This document shows positions 41,791 through 51,377 of a stretch of 64,000 bases of DNA, in pieces. The DNA comes from an uncultured candidate division Zixibacteria bacterium. GTDB taxonomy: Bacteria; Zixibacteria; MSB-5A5; GN15; FEB-12. The notes beneath the pieces were generated by a model. That model searched no databases. It saw nothing but the letters and a program-made list of their open reading frames with translations, and had not been told where the DNA came from. Within the stretch, counting starts at the first letter, position 1, and each line of letters starts with the position of its first letter. The position numbers and the translations under genes are program-made. The stretch lies in contig CAWDXE010000004.1 in the NCBI GenBank assembly GCA_963806185.1, forward strand, positions 384,001-448,000. Reading direction: 5' to 3'.

Positions 41791-42717
41791 GGTCGATTGG
41801 CCCCGTCCGTGGCCGGCCAATTCTCGAGGGTGATACTTTCGATGTTCTGCAAGCAGGTACTCTCGGTCAATCCGTGTATATATCTCTGTTGTCGATATAT
41901 CGGCATGCCCGAGCATTTCTTGTACCATTCTTAGATCTGCCCCTCCTTCAAGGAGATGCGTGGCGAAAGAGTGGCGAAAAGTATGGGGCGTCACCCTCTT
42001 TGTCATGCCGGCCCGCAAAACCACCCTTTTGACTGTCTTCCATAGGCCAACGCGGGAAAATCGCTTCCCGGAACGGTTGGTGATTACCTCCTCCACCCCT
42101 GACCGGCCGGATTCCTTTCTGATTTCCAGATAATGCTTTACAGCCTCTGTGGCCAACTCGCCCATTGGTACCAGGCGTTGCTTGTCACCCTTGCCGATTA
42201 CCCTCAAAAAACCAGCCTCGAATTCAATGTCTGAGATTCGAAGATTTATCAGTTCCGACAACCGCAAACCGCTTCCGTAGAGCAGTTCGATAATGGCGCG
42301 GTTGCGCTTGCCGTCTTTCTCATCCTGAGCCGCTGTGCTGATAATGGCGTCTATTTCGGCGGGCGAGAGGTAGTCGGGATGATAGCGCGAGATTCGCGGG
42401 GCGCGGTAGGCCGCAGCCGGATTGTCTGACACTCGCTTGGTCGTGGACAAATAGCCGAAAAACTGACGGACGCTGGAAATCTTGCGTGCCAGCGTCGTTG
42501 GCTTTCGACCCTCACGAGTAAGGGCGCCGAAATAGCCCGATACCGTTGAAGCGGAAATCGACTTGACAGTCTTGGCCTGACAGGCGGACGCAAAGGCGGC
42601 CAAGTCCGCCCGGTAGGCCGTCACGGTGTTATTAGATAACCCGCGTTCGAGTTTCAGGTGGGTCAGGAACTCCTCAATCGTGAGATCGAGCTCGGTCTTG
42701 TCGGCATTATTGGCCAT
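41785..42717 (-). CDS. xerD: Site-specific tyrosine recombinase XerD
   Basis: ERGLS.NT..AY..DL, LYGSGLR.SE, GKGDKQR.VP, HTFRHSFATHLL and LGHADISTT.IY..HPR. Confidence 0.9.
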   Translation of the reverse strand: MANNADKTELDLTIEEFLTHLKLERGLSNNTVTAYRADLAAFASACQAKTVKSISASTVSGYFGALTREGRKPTTLARKISSVRQFFGYLSTTKRVSDNPAAAYRAPRISRYHPDYLSPAEIDAIISTAAQDEKDGKRNRAIIELLYGSGLRLSELINLRISDIEFEAGFLRVIGKGDKQRLVPMGELATEAVKHYLEIRKESGRSGVEEVITNRSGKRFSRVGLWKTVKRVVLRAGMTKRVTPHTFRHSFATHLLEGGADLRMVQEMLGHADISTTEIYTRIDREYLLAEHRKYHPRELAGHGRGQSTG

Positions 42718-43426
42718 GGGCGATAGCCAACACCGCGGGCACACGGTACCCGGCCTTAATGAGTTCGCGACGAGCCTCCAGCACCGTTGCGCCCGTCGTC
42801 ACCACATCGTCGACTAGAATGATGGTCGAGACGTCTTTGATCGCGTCTGATCTGAAGACACCATGCACATTTCTTTCGCGAGCGATCAGACTTGACCGCG
42901 ACTGCGGCCGTCGGTGTTTGGTCCGCCAGAGAATATCTATATTTACGGCGATGTCCAGCTGATCGGAAAGGGCGTTGGCAAACACGATGGCCTGATTGTA
43001 ACCCCGGTAGTACTCGCGGCCAGGATGGAGCGGTATCGGCACCAGTGCATCTGCCCGGTGGAGCGAAATCTTGTCGGCGAAGGTGGCCGTTAATTCGGTT
43101 GCCAACCAATCCGACGGTGAGATTATCCCCGAGAACTTATAGGCCACCACCAGTTCTTTCAGGGGGCCGGAATAATCACCGAAGGCATAAAGCAATACCC
43201 CGCCATCCTGGCAGTAGGTGCATTTGGGCTGATCAAGTGGAGACAGGCAAGTGAGACAAGTCGGCGACGAGTAGTGCTGAATGCGTTTCCGGCAGGCATC
43301 ACAAATGGAACCGCCGCCTGTGACTACGTCGTCACATCCCAGGCACAACGGCGGAAACGCGAAATCAACCAGGTGATGAATGAAGCTGTCGTGACCAACA
43401 ACCCAGGGCGACATGTCCGTAATCAA
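42707..43426 (-). CDS. comF: ComF family protein (zinc ribbon + PRTase)
   Basis: CxxC pairs, PIPLH..RGYNQA and LVDDVVTTGAT. Confidence 0.88.
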   Translation of the reverse strand: MITDMSPWVVGHDSFIHHLVDFAFPPLCLGCDDVVTGGGSICDACRKRIQHYSSPTCLTCLSPLDQPKCTYCQDGGVLLYAFGDYSGPLKELVVAYKFSGIISPSDWLATELTATFADKISLHRADALVPIPLHPGREYYRGYNQAIVFANALSDQLDIAVNIDILWRTKHRRPQSRSSLIARERNVHGVFRSDAIKDVSTIILVDDVVTTGATVLEARRELIKAGYRVPAVLAIAHGQ

Positions 43427-43481
43427 CGGTGAGTTTGCTTGGGCTTCAAGCTAAAATCCGGGGGGGCCGCCCAAGGATCGA

Positions 43482-44171
43482 TCAGCCACCCACTTCCTTC
43501 AGGTAATTCCTGGCCGCGTCGGCCGCCGTACCGTTGGGGTCTATCTCGAGGTATTTCTTCCAGTAGTAGCGGGCCGAATCGGGCTTCTGGCTCTGGTAAA
43601 AGACAAGGCCCAGATTAAAATGTGCTATGGAATGCTTTGGGTCATTGGCCAGGACTCTCTTAAACTCCTCAATAGCTCGGTCCGGCATACCCATGCCATG
43701 CAGACAGGCACCGTAATCAGTGCGGACATCAGCCGAGGTGCTATCGATGGCCAGAGCTCTACGGTATGCTTCGGCGGCCACCGGATAATTTCCATGATCC
43801 ATCTCGGTGTTCCCTGTCATGACCAGGCTATTATAGTCTGTCGGAAGATTCGTCAGGGCGGCTCCCATTTCGCCACTCTGCGCCGGTTGTGGGGAAGGGG
43901 TCGCCGTGGTAGGCGGATGATCTTCACCGGTTTGCGGCTGTGGAGGATTCACCGGTGTTCGAAAGATGAAATAGAGCACGGTTACAACCAGCAGTGTGCC
44001 CAGGATTATCACTAAATCTCGGACGCCGTTACCGTTGGCTCTGGTCGTCCGCTTTTCGGGCGCCGCGCCGGCAGTTCTGGCAGTTGAGGTCCCGACGGGG
44101 GCGCCGCATTCGGGACAGAACTTGGCAGGTTCGGCAATGACAGCCCGACATTTTGGGCAGGTAGTAGCCAT
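43482..44171 (-). CDS. Zinc-ribbon/TM/TPR protein
   Basis: CPKC..FCPECG, one TM helix and TPR repeats. Confidence 0.8.
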   Translation of the reverse strand: MATTCPKCRAVIAEPAKFCPECGAPVGTSTARTAGAAPEKRTTRANGNGVRDLVIILGTLLVVTVLYFIFRTPVNPPQPQTGEDHPPTTATPSPQPAQSGEMGAALTNLPTDYNSLVMTGNTEMDHGNYPVAAEAYRRALAIDSTSADVRTDYGACLHGMGMPDRAIEEFKRVLANDPKHSIAHFNLGLVFYQSQKPDSARYYWKKYLEIDPNGTAADAARNYLKEVGG

Positions 44172-44327
44172 AGTAGATTCGATGCCTCCTTTAATGCGAG
44201 TCCAATATAGACGGGCAGCCCATCGCACAGCAACCAATTTCGAAAGAATCGTCGCTTGAAAATCGGCTGACAAGACCGGTCAAATCGCCTATATTGACAC
44301 CCGAATCGAAAGCAGGAAAGGACTACC

Positions 44328-46028
44328 ATGCGGCGACTCACCTTCGGGCTCATAGTTCTAAGCGCGCTGTGGCCGATCTTCTCATCCGGCGCCTACACTA
44401 TAACCGAATCTGCCATCGACACACATATTCGGGTGTTGGCATCGGATTCTCTTGAAGGTCGAGAAGTCGGTGAGCCAGGCGAATGGAAGGCAGCTCAATA
44501 CATCATCGGGCAATTCCAGGCCGCCGGACTTCAGCCCGCCGGGGAGAATGGCTTCCTGCAGAGCTTCGAGTTCACCAAGAAGATCGATTTTGGTCCCAAG
44601 AACCGTCTAGTGGTGAACGGCACGCCGCTGGCGATCAACGAAGAATACCTCCCGCTGAGTCAGTCAGCCAACACGTCTTTCAGCTTCGATCAGGTGATCC
44701 CTGTAGATTACGGCATCACTACTGAGGACAGCAGCTACAATGATTACGGCGGCAAAGACGTGGCCGGCAAGGCAGTGCTTATTAAGCGGTTCACTCCGGA
44801 TGCCGGTGCCAATCCTCATGTGGATTTTTCGAAGTACGAATCGCTGACCGACAAGATTCTTAACGCCGTCAATCACCGGGCGGCGGGCGTGTTCATCGTT
44901 ACGCCGTCGGACAAAGACGATACGCTTATCAATCTCGGTGTCACGCACGTCACTCCCAAGGACATCCCGATCGTTATGCTTCGCCGCAAAGGGCTGGCAA
45001 AACTAGGCATCGATTCGGTCGCGCTCGGCTCCTTCCGGGCCGACGGTGAGGTGGAACTGGTGCGCGTCCACGACACGGGGTATAACGTGATCGGGACTAT
45101 CCCCGGGACATCTGACACAACCATTATCATTGGTGCTCATTACGATCATCTCGGCTGGGGAGGTCCAAGTTCCCGATACACTGAAAAGGAAAAGGCGATT
45201 CATCACGGCGCCGACGATAATGGCTCGGGCGACGCCGGGTTGCTTGAGCTCGCGCGCTATTTTGCGGACAAGAGAAGCAGCCTGAAATATACCTTCACGT
45301 TTGTCGCCTTCTCCGGAGAAGAAGCCGGCATTCTCGGTTCGAGCGCCTTCGTCAAGCACGCTGGATTTAATCCGAAGCTGGTTCGCATGATGCTCAACAT
45401 GGATATGATTGGGCGTCTCAAGGATCAGGAAAACGGACTGGCAGTCTTTGGCACCGGTACGGCCGCGGAATTCAAAGCGTACTTCGATTCGCTGAAGGTA
45501 GATAATATGAAGATTACTTTCCGTGAGCCGGGCACCGGACCGTCCGATCACACGGCGTTTTACAACAGTGAAATCCCGGTGCTGCACTTCTTCACAGGTG
45601 CCCACGACGATTACCATAAACCGTCAGACACGCCTGAAAAGATCGATCTGACCGGCGTCAAAAATGTGGCCATGCTGGTTGCCGATATCGCCACTCATTT
45701 CGACCAATTCCCTGCGCACATGACTTTCCAGAAGACAGTTGATCCGGATGCCGGCAAACGGCGTTCTGCGTATTCGGTCACCCTTGGCATCATGCCGGAC
45801 TATGTGGCCGAGGTGAAGGGTGTCAAGGTGGACGGAGTCTCGCCCGATCGACCGGGCGAGCGAGCGGGTATCCTGAAGGGGGATGTCATCGTGAAAATGG
45901 GCCAGTACACCATCGACGATATCTATGCCTATATGAGTGCTCTCGGCAAGTTCCGCAAAGGTGACACAACGACCGTAGTCGTCCAGCGAGGGGCGGACTC
46001 GGTGGATTTGAAGGTCGAATTCAAATAG
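44328..46028 (+). CDS. Secreted M28 peptidase with PA and PDZ domains
   Basis: GAHYDH, GADDNGSG, GEE, NMDMIG, SDH, YH..SD and C-terminal PDZ. Confidence 0.9.
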   Translation: MRRLTFGLIVLSALWPIFSSGAYTITESAIDTHIRVLASDSLEGREVGEPGEWKAAQYIIGQFQAAGLQPAGENGFLQSFEFTKKIDFGPKNRLVVNGTPLAINEEYLPLSQSANTSFSFDQVIPVDYGITTEDSSYNDYGGKDVAGKAVLIKRFTPDAGANPHVDFSKYESLTDKILNAVNHRAAGVFIVTPSDKDDTLINLGVTHVTPKDIPIVMLRRKGLAKLGIDSVALGSFRADGEVELVRVHDTGYNVIGTIPGTSDTTIIIGAHYDHLGWGGPSSRYTEKEKAIHHGADDNGSGDAGLLELARYFADKRSSLKYTFTFVAFSGEEAGILGSSAFVKHAGFNPKLVRMMLNMDMIGRLKDQENGLAVFGTGTAAEFKAYFDSLKVDNMKITFREPGTGPSDHTAFYNSEIPVLHFFTGAHDDYHKPSDTPEKIDLTGVKNVAMLVADIATHFDQFPAHMTFQKTVDPDAGKRRSAYSVTLGIMPDYVAEVKGVKVDGVSPDRPGERAGILKGDVIVKMGQYTIDDIYAYMSALGKFRKGDTTTVVVQRGADSVDLKVEFK

Positions 46029-46039
46029 ACGTAAGCAAG

Positions 46040-46071
46040 ACGGCCGGTGAGGGGTGTGCCTCGCCGGCCGT
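46040..46071. terminator. Hairpin between convergent peptidase genes
   Basis: ACGGCCGGTGAGG/CCTCGCCGGCCGT inverted repeat. Confidence 0.6.
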
Positions 46072-46096
46072 TACTTCACCTACATCAGCTCGGGAA

Positions 46097-47236
46097 TCAA
46101 TCCAATCCGGCCGGTTTCAGATTCTCCTTCGAGAACATTTTCTCCATTTCCGCATCAGTGAAGACACCATCCTTCCGGATCAATTTTCCGTCGAACCAGA
46201 TTTCTCCGCCGCCGTAGTCGGGGCGCTGAATCAACACCATATCCCAGTGAATGGCCGACTGATTGCCGTTGTAGGCCTCATCGTAACACTGGCCGGGGGT
46301 GAAATGAAAGGAACCGGCGATCTTCTCGTCGAAAAGCGTGTCCTTCATGGGGTGCAGGATGAACGGATTGACGCCGATGGCAAATTCACCGATATAGCGC
46401 GACCCTTCATCGGTATCCAGCACCTTGTTGAGCTTGTCGACATTCGCATCTGCCGTCGCCTTGATGATCTTCCCCTTCTCGAAAGTGAGCGTAACGTCGT
46501 TGTATACAATTCCCTGGTAAAGAGTCGGCGTGTTGAACTTGACCGTACCGTAAACGGAGTCCTTGATCGGGGCTGTGTACACTTCTCCGTCCGGAATATT
46601 TCGGTGCCCGTCGCATTTTATGCACGGAATGCCCTTGAGCGAGAACTTGAGATCGGTTCCCGGCGACTTGATGTGCACCTGGTCGGTCCTGCTCATCAGG
46701 TCGAACAGCTTGTCTTGCGCTTTGGACATCTTGGCGTAGTCCGCACAACAGACGTCAAAGTAGAACTCTTCAAACGCCTCTTGAGACGTTTGCGCTAATT
46801 GTGCCATGGCGTTGTTGGGATAGCGAAGTACCACCCACCGCGTCCGTTTGACCCGCTCCTCCAGGTGCACCGGCTTGTAGAACAGGGTATTGTGCATGTC
46901 GATCTGCTTCTGATCGATGTCAGCCAGGTCGAACGGATTATCCGAACCGCGGAGGCCGATGTAGGCGTTGGCCTTTTGCATCAACTGCAGGTGAAGTTCC
47001 GCCTGACTCTTCATCTGGTCGGCGGTCGCGGTGCGCACCCACTGGCGGATCAGTGACTCGTCGTTGTAGTACCAGAAGGTTACGACGCCCTTTTCGGTGG
47101 CATAGCGAATGACCTGTTTGCCCAGCTCGAGAGTTTCTTTACCTTTCACTTCCAGATAAAGAATCTCACCCTTCTTCATTGCAAGGGAATAGTCAATTAG
47201 CTGTCGGGCAAGGATTTCGTTCCGCTTGTCTCTCAT
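46097..47236 (-). CDS. M29 family aminopeptidase
   Basis: NIPDGEVYTAP, GEFAIG, LFDEKIAGSFH and SAIHWD. Confidence 0.9.
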   Translation of the reverse strand: MRDKRNEILARQLIDYSLAMKKGEILYLEVKGKETLELGKQVIRYATEKGVVTFWYYNDESLIRQWVRTATADQMKSQAELHLQLMQKANAYIGLRGSDNPFDLADIDQKQIDMHNTLFYKPVHLEERVKRTRWVVLRYPNNAMAQLAQTSQEAFEEFYFDVCCADYAKMSKAQDKLFDLMSRTDQVHIKSPGTDLKFSLKGIPCIKCDGHRNIPDGEVYTAPIKDSVYGTVKFNTPTLYQGIVYNDVTLTFEKGKIIKATADANVDKLNKVLDTDEGSRYIGEFAIGVNPFILHPMKDTLFDEKIAGSFHFTPGQCYDEAYNGNQSAIHWDMVLIQRPDYGGGEIWFDGKLIRKDGVFTDAEMEKMFSKENLKPAGLD

Positions 47237-47374
47237 CGGTAACTCCTTAGTCGTTGTTCAATTCTTTGCGTCGAAGATACTCATTCTTCGTTTGGAAGGC
47301 AACCCAGCCTCTTGCCGCTTTCCTTACCGATGGAGCGAACTGCCGGACGGTCGTGCTGTTATACAGGAGTGAAT

Positions 47375-48127
47375 TTGAACGAGATTAGAATAGGGACCTC
47401 GGGATTCTCTTACAAAGACTGGCTGGGGAATTTCTATCCGCAATTCTGCCCCCAGGCGGACTTTTTGAAATATTATACCTCGCGTTTCGATACCGTCGAG
47501 CTTGACGTCACCTTCTATCGCATTCCATCCGAAGCGGCCATTAAGAAATGGTATGTCACGGCACCCGAGAGCTTTGTTTTCGCGGCGAAATTTCCGCAGA
47601 CCGTGACTCACGAGGGCACGCCGAAAAGCCGCATTGAATTCGCCCTCCAGTTTGTTCAGGCAATGCGCGGCCTCAAAGAGAAACTGGGCCCGCTGCTGCT
47701 GCAATTTCCTTACGGTTTCAAACCGACTGAGCTGCCTCTCCTGGAACAGATTCTTGATGCTCTGCCCACGGACTTGCAACTTTGTGTTGAGATCCGCAAC
47801 CGTGCCTGGCTGCAGGAGTCGTTCTATGCGATGCTCCGCAAGCGGGGAATTGCGCTCTGCCTGGTTGAACATCCGTGGATGCCGCACTACAACGTGAAGA
47901 CGGCGGATTTCCAATACGTCCGCTTCCTCGGAGATCACAAAACTCTGACCGAGGACTTTTCCTATGTTCGCGATCCGAAGGAGGATGTCATGCGCTACTG
48001 GCGCGACATATTGGCTTCGTACCGCGAAGGAGGAGGGGCGAGCTATGTATATTTCAACAACCACTTCACCGGTCATGCACCGACTAACGCCTTTCGGCTG
48101 ATGGAACTCCTGGCAGCCGGTCTATGA
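47375..48127 (+). CDS. DUF72 domain protein
   Basis: IGTSGFSY..W, TVELD.TFY, LLQFP and YFNNH. Confidence 0.88.
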   Translation: MNEIRIGTSGFSYKDWLGNFYPQFCPQADFLKYYTSRFDTVELDVTFYRIPSEAAIKKWYVTAPESFVFAAKFPQTVTHEGTPKSRIEFALQFVQAMRGLKEKLGPLLLQFPYGFKPTELPLLEQILDALPTDLQLCVEIRNRAWLQESFYAMLRKRGIALCLVEHPWMPHYNVKTADFQYVRFLGDHKTLTEDFSYVRDPKEDVMRYWRDILASYREGGGASYVYFNNHFTGHAPTNAFRLMELLAAGL

Positions 48128-48194
48128 CCACACTTGTGGCGCTGATCAGGTATCGCTATACTCCATTCGATTCTCTATGAGGAAGTGACGTCTC

Positions 48195-48971
48195 ATGAGC
48201 AAGTATCTTGATGTAGCGATGGCTGCTATTCGCGAAGCTGAGAAGATAACCCTTCATTACTACAACCATCCGCCTTCTGTTTCGCTGAAGAAAGACCGGA
48301 CGCCGGTCACGGTCGCAGATCGGAAGGCCGAGAAGGCGATCGTCTCGATCATTCGTAAGAAATTCCCCGAGCATCAGTTTCTGGGTGAGGAGTACGGTCG
48401 TACCGGGCGTGGTGAGTTTCTCTGGATCATCGATCCCATTGACGGTACCAGGAACTTCATCGCGGGGATTCCGCTCTGGGGGACGTTGATCGCGCTTATG
48501 CATCGGGAGGAAATGATACTGGGCATCTCCAACGTGCCATTGATGCGCGAGATATTGTGGGCGGAACGGGGCAAGGGAGCCTTTCTCAACGGCAAACGTG
48601 TACATGTGTCGAAAATCCGCAGATTGAAAGACGCCATGGCGTCGACCGGCTCGTACAAATCCTTTGCTCAGGCCGGACACGAACAGGGTCTCATCCGATT
48701 GTTAAAGGCGACCAAGCGCCAGCGGGCCTTCGGCGATCTCTGGCCGTATCACCTGCTGGCCTCCGGGCGTCTGGACATTGTGACCGAGGCAAAAATCAAA
48801 GTGGTCGATGTCGCTCCCTTCGCCGCCATCCTGAAAGAAGCCGGCGGCGAGATTTCAGATTTGGGCGGAGGTCCCGTTCGCCCGGGCATCCGGTCGGTGG
48901 TCGCCAGCAATGGGATTCTCCATGATCGTACGCTCGCCTATTTCCGCAGCCCGCAACTCATTGTCCGTTAA
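48195..48971 (+). CDS. Inositol monophosphatase family (histidinol-phosphatase-like)
   Basis: VT.ADR.AE, GEE, WIIDPIDGT.NF and EAGG. Confidence 0.88.
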   Translation: MSKYLDVAMAAIREAEKITLHYYNHPPSVSLKKDRTPVTVADRKAEKAIVSIIRKKFPEHQFLGEEYGRTGRGEFLWIIDPIDGTRNFIAGIPLWGTLIALMHREEMILGISNVPLMREILWAERGKGAFLNGKRVHVSKIRRLKDAMASTGSYKSFAQAGHEQGLIRLLKATKRQRAFGDLWPYHLLASGRLDIVTEAKIKVVDVAPFAAILKEAGGEISDLGGGPVRPGIRSVVASNGILHDRTLAYFRSPQLIVR

Positions 48972-49006
48972 TTGAATAGCTCAAGCGCAGACTTTCGCTC
49001 AAGGGC

Positions 49007-49033
49007 TCAACAAATTTCGTGGCCCGCCGATAC
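49007..49033 (+). promoter_or_regulatory. sigma28 (FliA)-like promoter for cheW
   Basis: TCAA-N15-GCCGATAC versus consensus TAAA-N15-GCCGATAA. Confidence 0.65.
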
Positions 49034-49144
49034 CATGATTGACCTCACGAGGACCTCGGTCCTCGAGTTATGGCATATTGAGGTAGCCGTCAAATTGGGC
49101 TGGAAAGAAGTGGAACAAACCATAGTTGAGAAGGGGCGGATGGA

Positions 49145-49636
49145 ATGAGTCTAGAAACAACCACGAAGACAGAGCACGCCGGGAATCTGAATTCCGACGA
49201 GCTGCAGTTGGTATCGTTCAACATCGGCTCAGAGGAGTTTGGCGTTGATATTCTCAAGGTTCAGGAAATCAACCGGATGGTTGAGATCACGCGCGTCCCG
49301 CAGGCGCCCCACTACGTCGAGGGTGTCATCAATCTGCGCGGCAAAGTGATCCCGATTGTCGATTTGCGCAAAAGGTTCAATCTTGAATTGAAAGAGCACG
49401 ACAAGAACACTCGCATTGTCGTCGTCGACATCGGTGGCACGATCATGGGGATGATTGTTGATGCGGTGAGCGAAGTCTTGCGCCTGCCGGCCAGCACGAT
49501 CGAGGCCCCGCCGGAAATCGTCACCGGAGTAAATTCCGAGTATATTAAGGGTGTAGCTAAGCTCAAAGATCGCCTCCTCATCTTCCTCGACCTGTCCAGA
49601 GTCATCGATGTTGAGCAAATGCAGGCGGTTGCCTGA
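49145..49636 (+). CDS. cheW: Chemotaxis coupling protein CheW
   Basis: FGVDILKVQEI and ITRVP.AP.YVEGVINLRGKVIP.VDLR..G.IVDAV.EV. Confidence 0.95.
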   Translation: MSLETTTKTEHAGNLNSDELQLVSFNIGSEEFGVDILKVQEINRMVEITRVPQAPHYVEGVINLRGKVIPIVDLRKRFNLELKEHDKNTRIVVVDIGGTIMGMIVDAVSEVLRLPASTIEAPPEIVTGVNSEYIKGVAKLKDRLLIFLDLSRVIDVEQMQAVA

Positions 49637-49657
49637 CACCATTGACCGGGTAATACT

Positions 49658-49688
49658 GAGGGTTGGCTCTGCCAGCCCTCTTTTTTTT
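49658..49688 (+). terminator. Rho-independent terminator after cheW
   Basis: GAGGGTTGGC-TCT-GCCAGCCCTC followed by T8. Confidence 0.85.
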
Positions 49689-49774
49689 GCGCGGCCGCGA
49701 CTTTCTTCGAACTCATCTACATCGTATATTTGCGGTGCACAGTTCACCTGCATTTGACGTCACTCGGAGGACAC

Positions 49775-50128
49775 ATGCCGCAACCTATCGTTTATGTCGA
49801 AATCGGCGCCACCGACGTCGTTCGCGCTGCCGATTTCTACATCTCCGCCTTCCAGTGGGAGTTTACCGACCGCTCCCAGGTGGCCTATTCGACTTTTACC
49901 ACCGGCGACGGAATCGGAGGTGGAATCTATCGGACGAAGGAAATGAAACCTCCGGGCGGAATCGTCTTGTACGTACTCGTGCCGGACATTGACGCCGCAC
50001 TCGCCGCGGTCGTTCAGCACGGTGGGCGTGTCGTCGTTCCCAGATCGGACATTCCCGGAACCGGTTGGTACGGTCATTTCCACGATCCGTTCGGCAATTT
50101 GCTCGGCCTATTCACGCCGCGACCTTGA
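49775..50128 (+). CDS. VOC/glyoxalase family protein
   Basis: EI.A.D..RA..FY..F.W and GWY..F.DP.GN..GL. Confidence 0.88.
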   Translation: MPQPIVYVEIGATDVVRAADFYISAFQWEFTDRSQVAYSTFTTGDGIGGGIYRTKEMKPPGGIVLYVLVPDIDAALAAVVQHGGRVVVPRSDIPGTGWYGHFHDPFGNLLGLFTPRP

Positions 50129-51318
50129 TGGATGATCGTATGCCCTCTCGAATCAATTTTCTTTACTCGAATATCGGTCGTGGGCATCCGTTCTATCTTG
50201 ATGGCATTCTGGAATCGCTTATCCGCCGGGGCTCAATCAGTCTGGTGAAGGGGCAAACGGACGTCTTCGAAGTGTCCCGCGGACTCTCCCGACGCTCCTG
50301 GCAGGCGGCGCGATGGCTGTACCGCGAAGGGTCTTCGGGCGGAGCGCTTGGTCACCTGTATGCCCGTTTGCGCCAGGCCGGCGATTACAACCGGGGCGGC
50401 TTGGGGATGCATATCATGGGCCGTGATATCCGAAGAGTATATTCGGCGGATTCAGCGCCGATCCTGGTCGACCACCCTTTGTTGGTAGGTATTCTGCGTG
50501 GTCGCGGCGATCTGCTCTATCAGCACGGCGAGCAGGTAGCGCCGAGAGAAGCCATCGTCGCCGGTGCTTCGATGATCTTCGTCCCTTCGGAAGAAGTTGC
50601 CCGGGCTTTTCTCCACGCCGGCTACTCCGAAGAACAGCTATTCATTTCCGGACTGTGCATCGAGCCCACCTTGGCGAGGCAGGCCGAAGGTTCGTTTCAG
50701 AGCCGAATGACCCGACTCGAGAGTCGGACGCCGTTGACCGGGGCAATGTATTCTTCGGGAGCGGAACCACCGGCTCACATCGCCGCAATCTGCAACGCCT
50801 GTCTGTCGGTGGTGCAAGAGGGAGGGCGGGCAGTTGTTTTTGCCAGGGAAGACGGCAAATTGCTGACGCGACTGTCAGGCGTTCTGCGGGCACAGGGTCT
50901 GGAAGATTTCTCCATCAGATCGACCGACTTCCTGCCGCAAGTTTTGCCGCCTATCCTGATCGCCATTTTCAACTCGCCGCGTGAAGAGACTGCGTTGACC
51001 AGCCGTCTCTTTCCTGCCTTCGACTATTTCGTTGCCCCCTCTCATGAACGAACCAACTGGGCTCTTGGTCTGGGACTGCCGATGTTTGTGCTGACTCCTA
51101 CAATAGGGGAATTCGCCCGACTCAACCTCGATTTATTGCGCAACGCAGCCGTTGGCGAAGCACTCTCTGAGAATCTCCCTCCGGCAACCCTTGGCGTGGC
51201 ATTGCGGCATTACCGGCGTGAGGGTCAGCTGCGTCGCATGGCTGAGGCCGGCTGGGGCAGGCGACGAATCGACGGATTCCCCGCTATCGCTGATTTCCTC
51301 GTAAATCGATACGCATAG
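50128..51318 (+). CDS. Hypothetical protein, possible GT-B fold glycosyltransferase-like
   Basis: ~396 aa ORF coupled to the VOC gene; N-terminal IGRGH and C-terminal ALGLGLP resemble GT-B motifs. Confidence 0.5.
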   Translation: MDDRMPSRINFLYSNIGRGHPFYLDGILESLIRRGSISLVKGQTDVFEVSRGLSRRSWQAARWLYREGSSGGALGHLYARLRQAGDYNRGGLGMHIMGRDIRRVYSADSAPILVDHPLLVGILRGRGDLLYQHGEQVAPREAIVAGASMIFVPSEEVARAFLHAGYSEEQLFISGLCIEPTLARQAEGSFQSRMTRLESRTPLTGAMYSSGAEPPAHIAAICNACLSVVQEGGRAVVFAREDGKLLTRLSGVLRAQGLEDFSIRSTDFLPQVLPPILIAIFNSPREETALTSRLFPAFDYFVAPSHERTNWALGLGLPMFVLTPTIGEFARLNLDLLRNAAVGEALSENLPPATLGVALRHYRREGQLRRMAEAGWGRRRIDGFPAIADFLVNRYA

Positions 51319-51377
51319 CGGGTCGACGATCCAAATCAGTTGAATCCGCATAGTGGCCGACCTATATTGCTCACTCT

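Noticed and set aside
32028..42717. Prophage or integrative element (fibre gene, tRNA-Leu, tyrosine recombinase)
   Set aside because: The recombinase looks like housekeeping XerD inside an operon. No capsid, terminase or att duplication was seen.
41785..42717. Integron integrase
   Set aside because: Length and motifs fit XerD, with no IntI-specific insertion and no attC cassette array.
49040..49140. c-di-GMP riboswitch upstream of cheW
   Set aside because: I could not find the class I or class II consensus elements; retained only as an unassigned hairpin.
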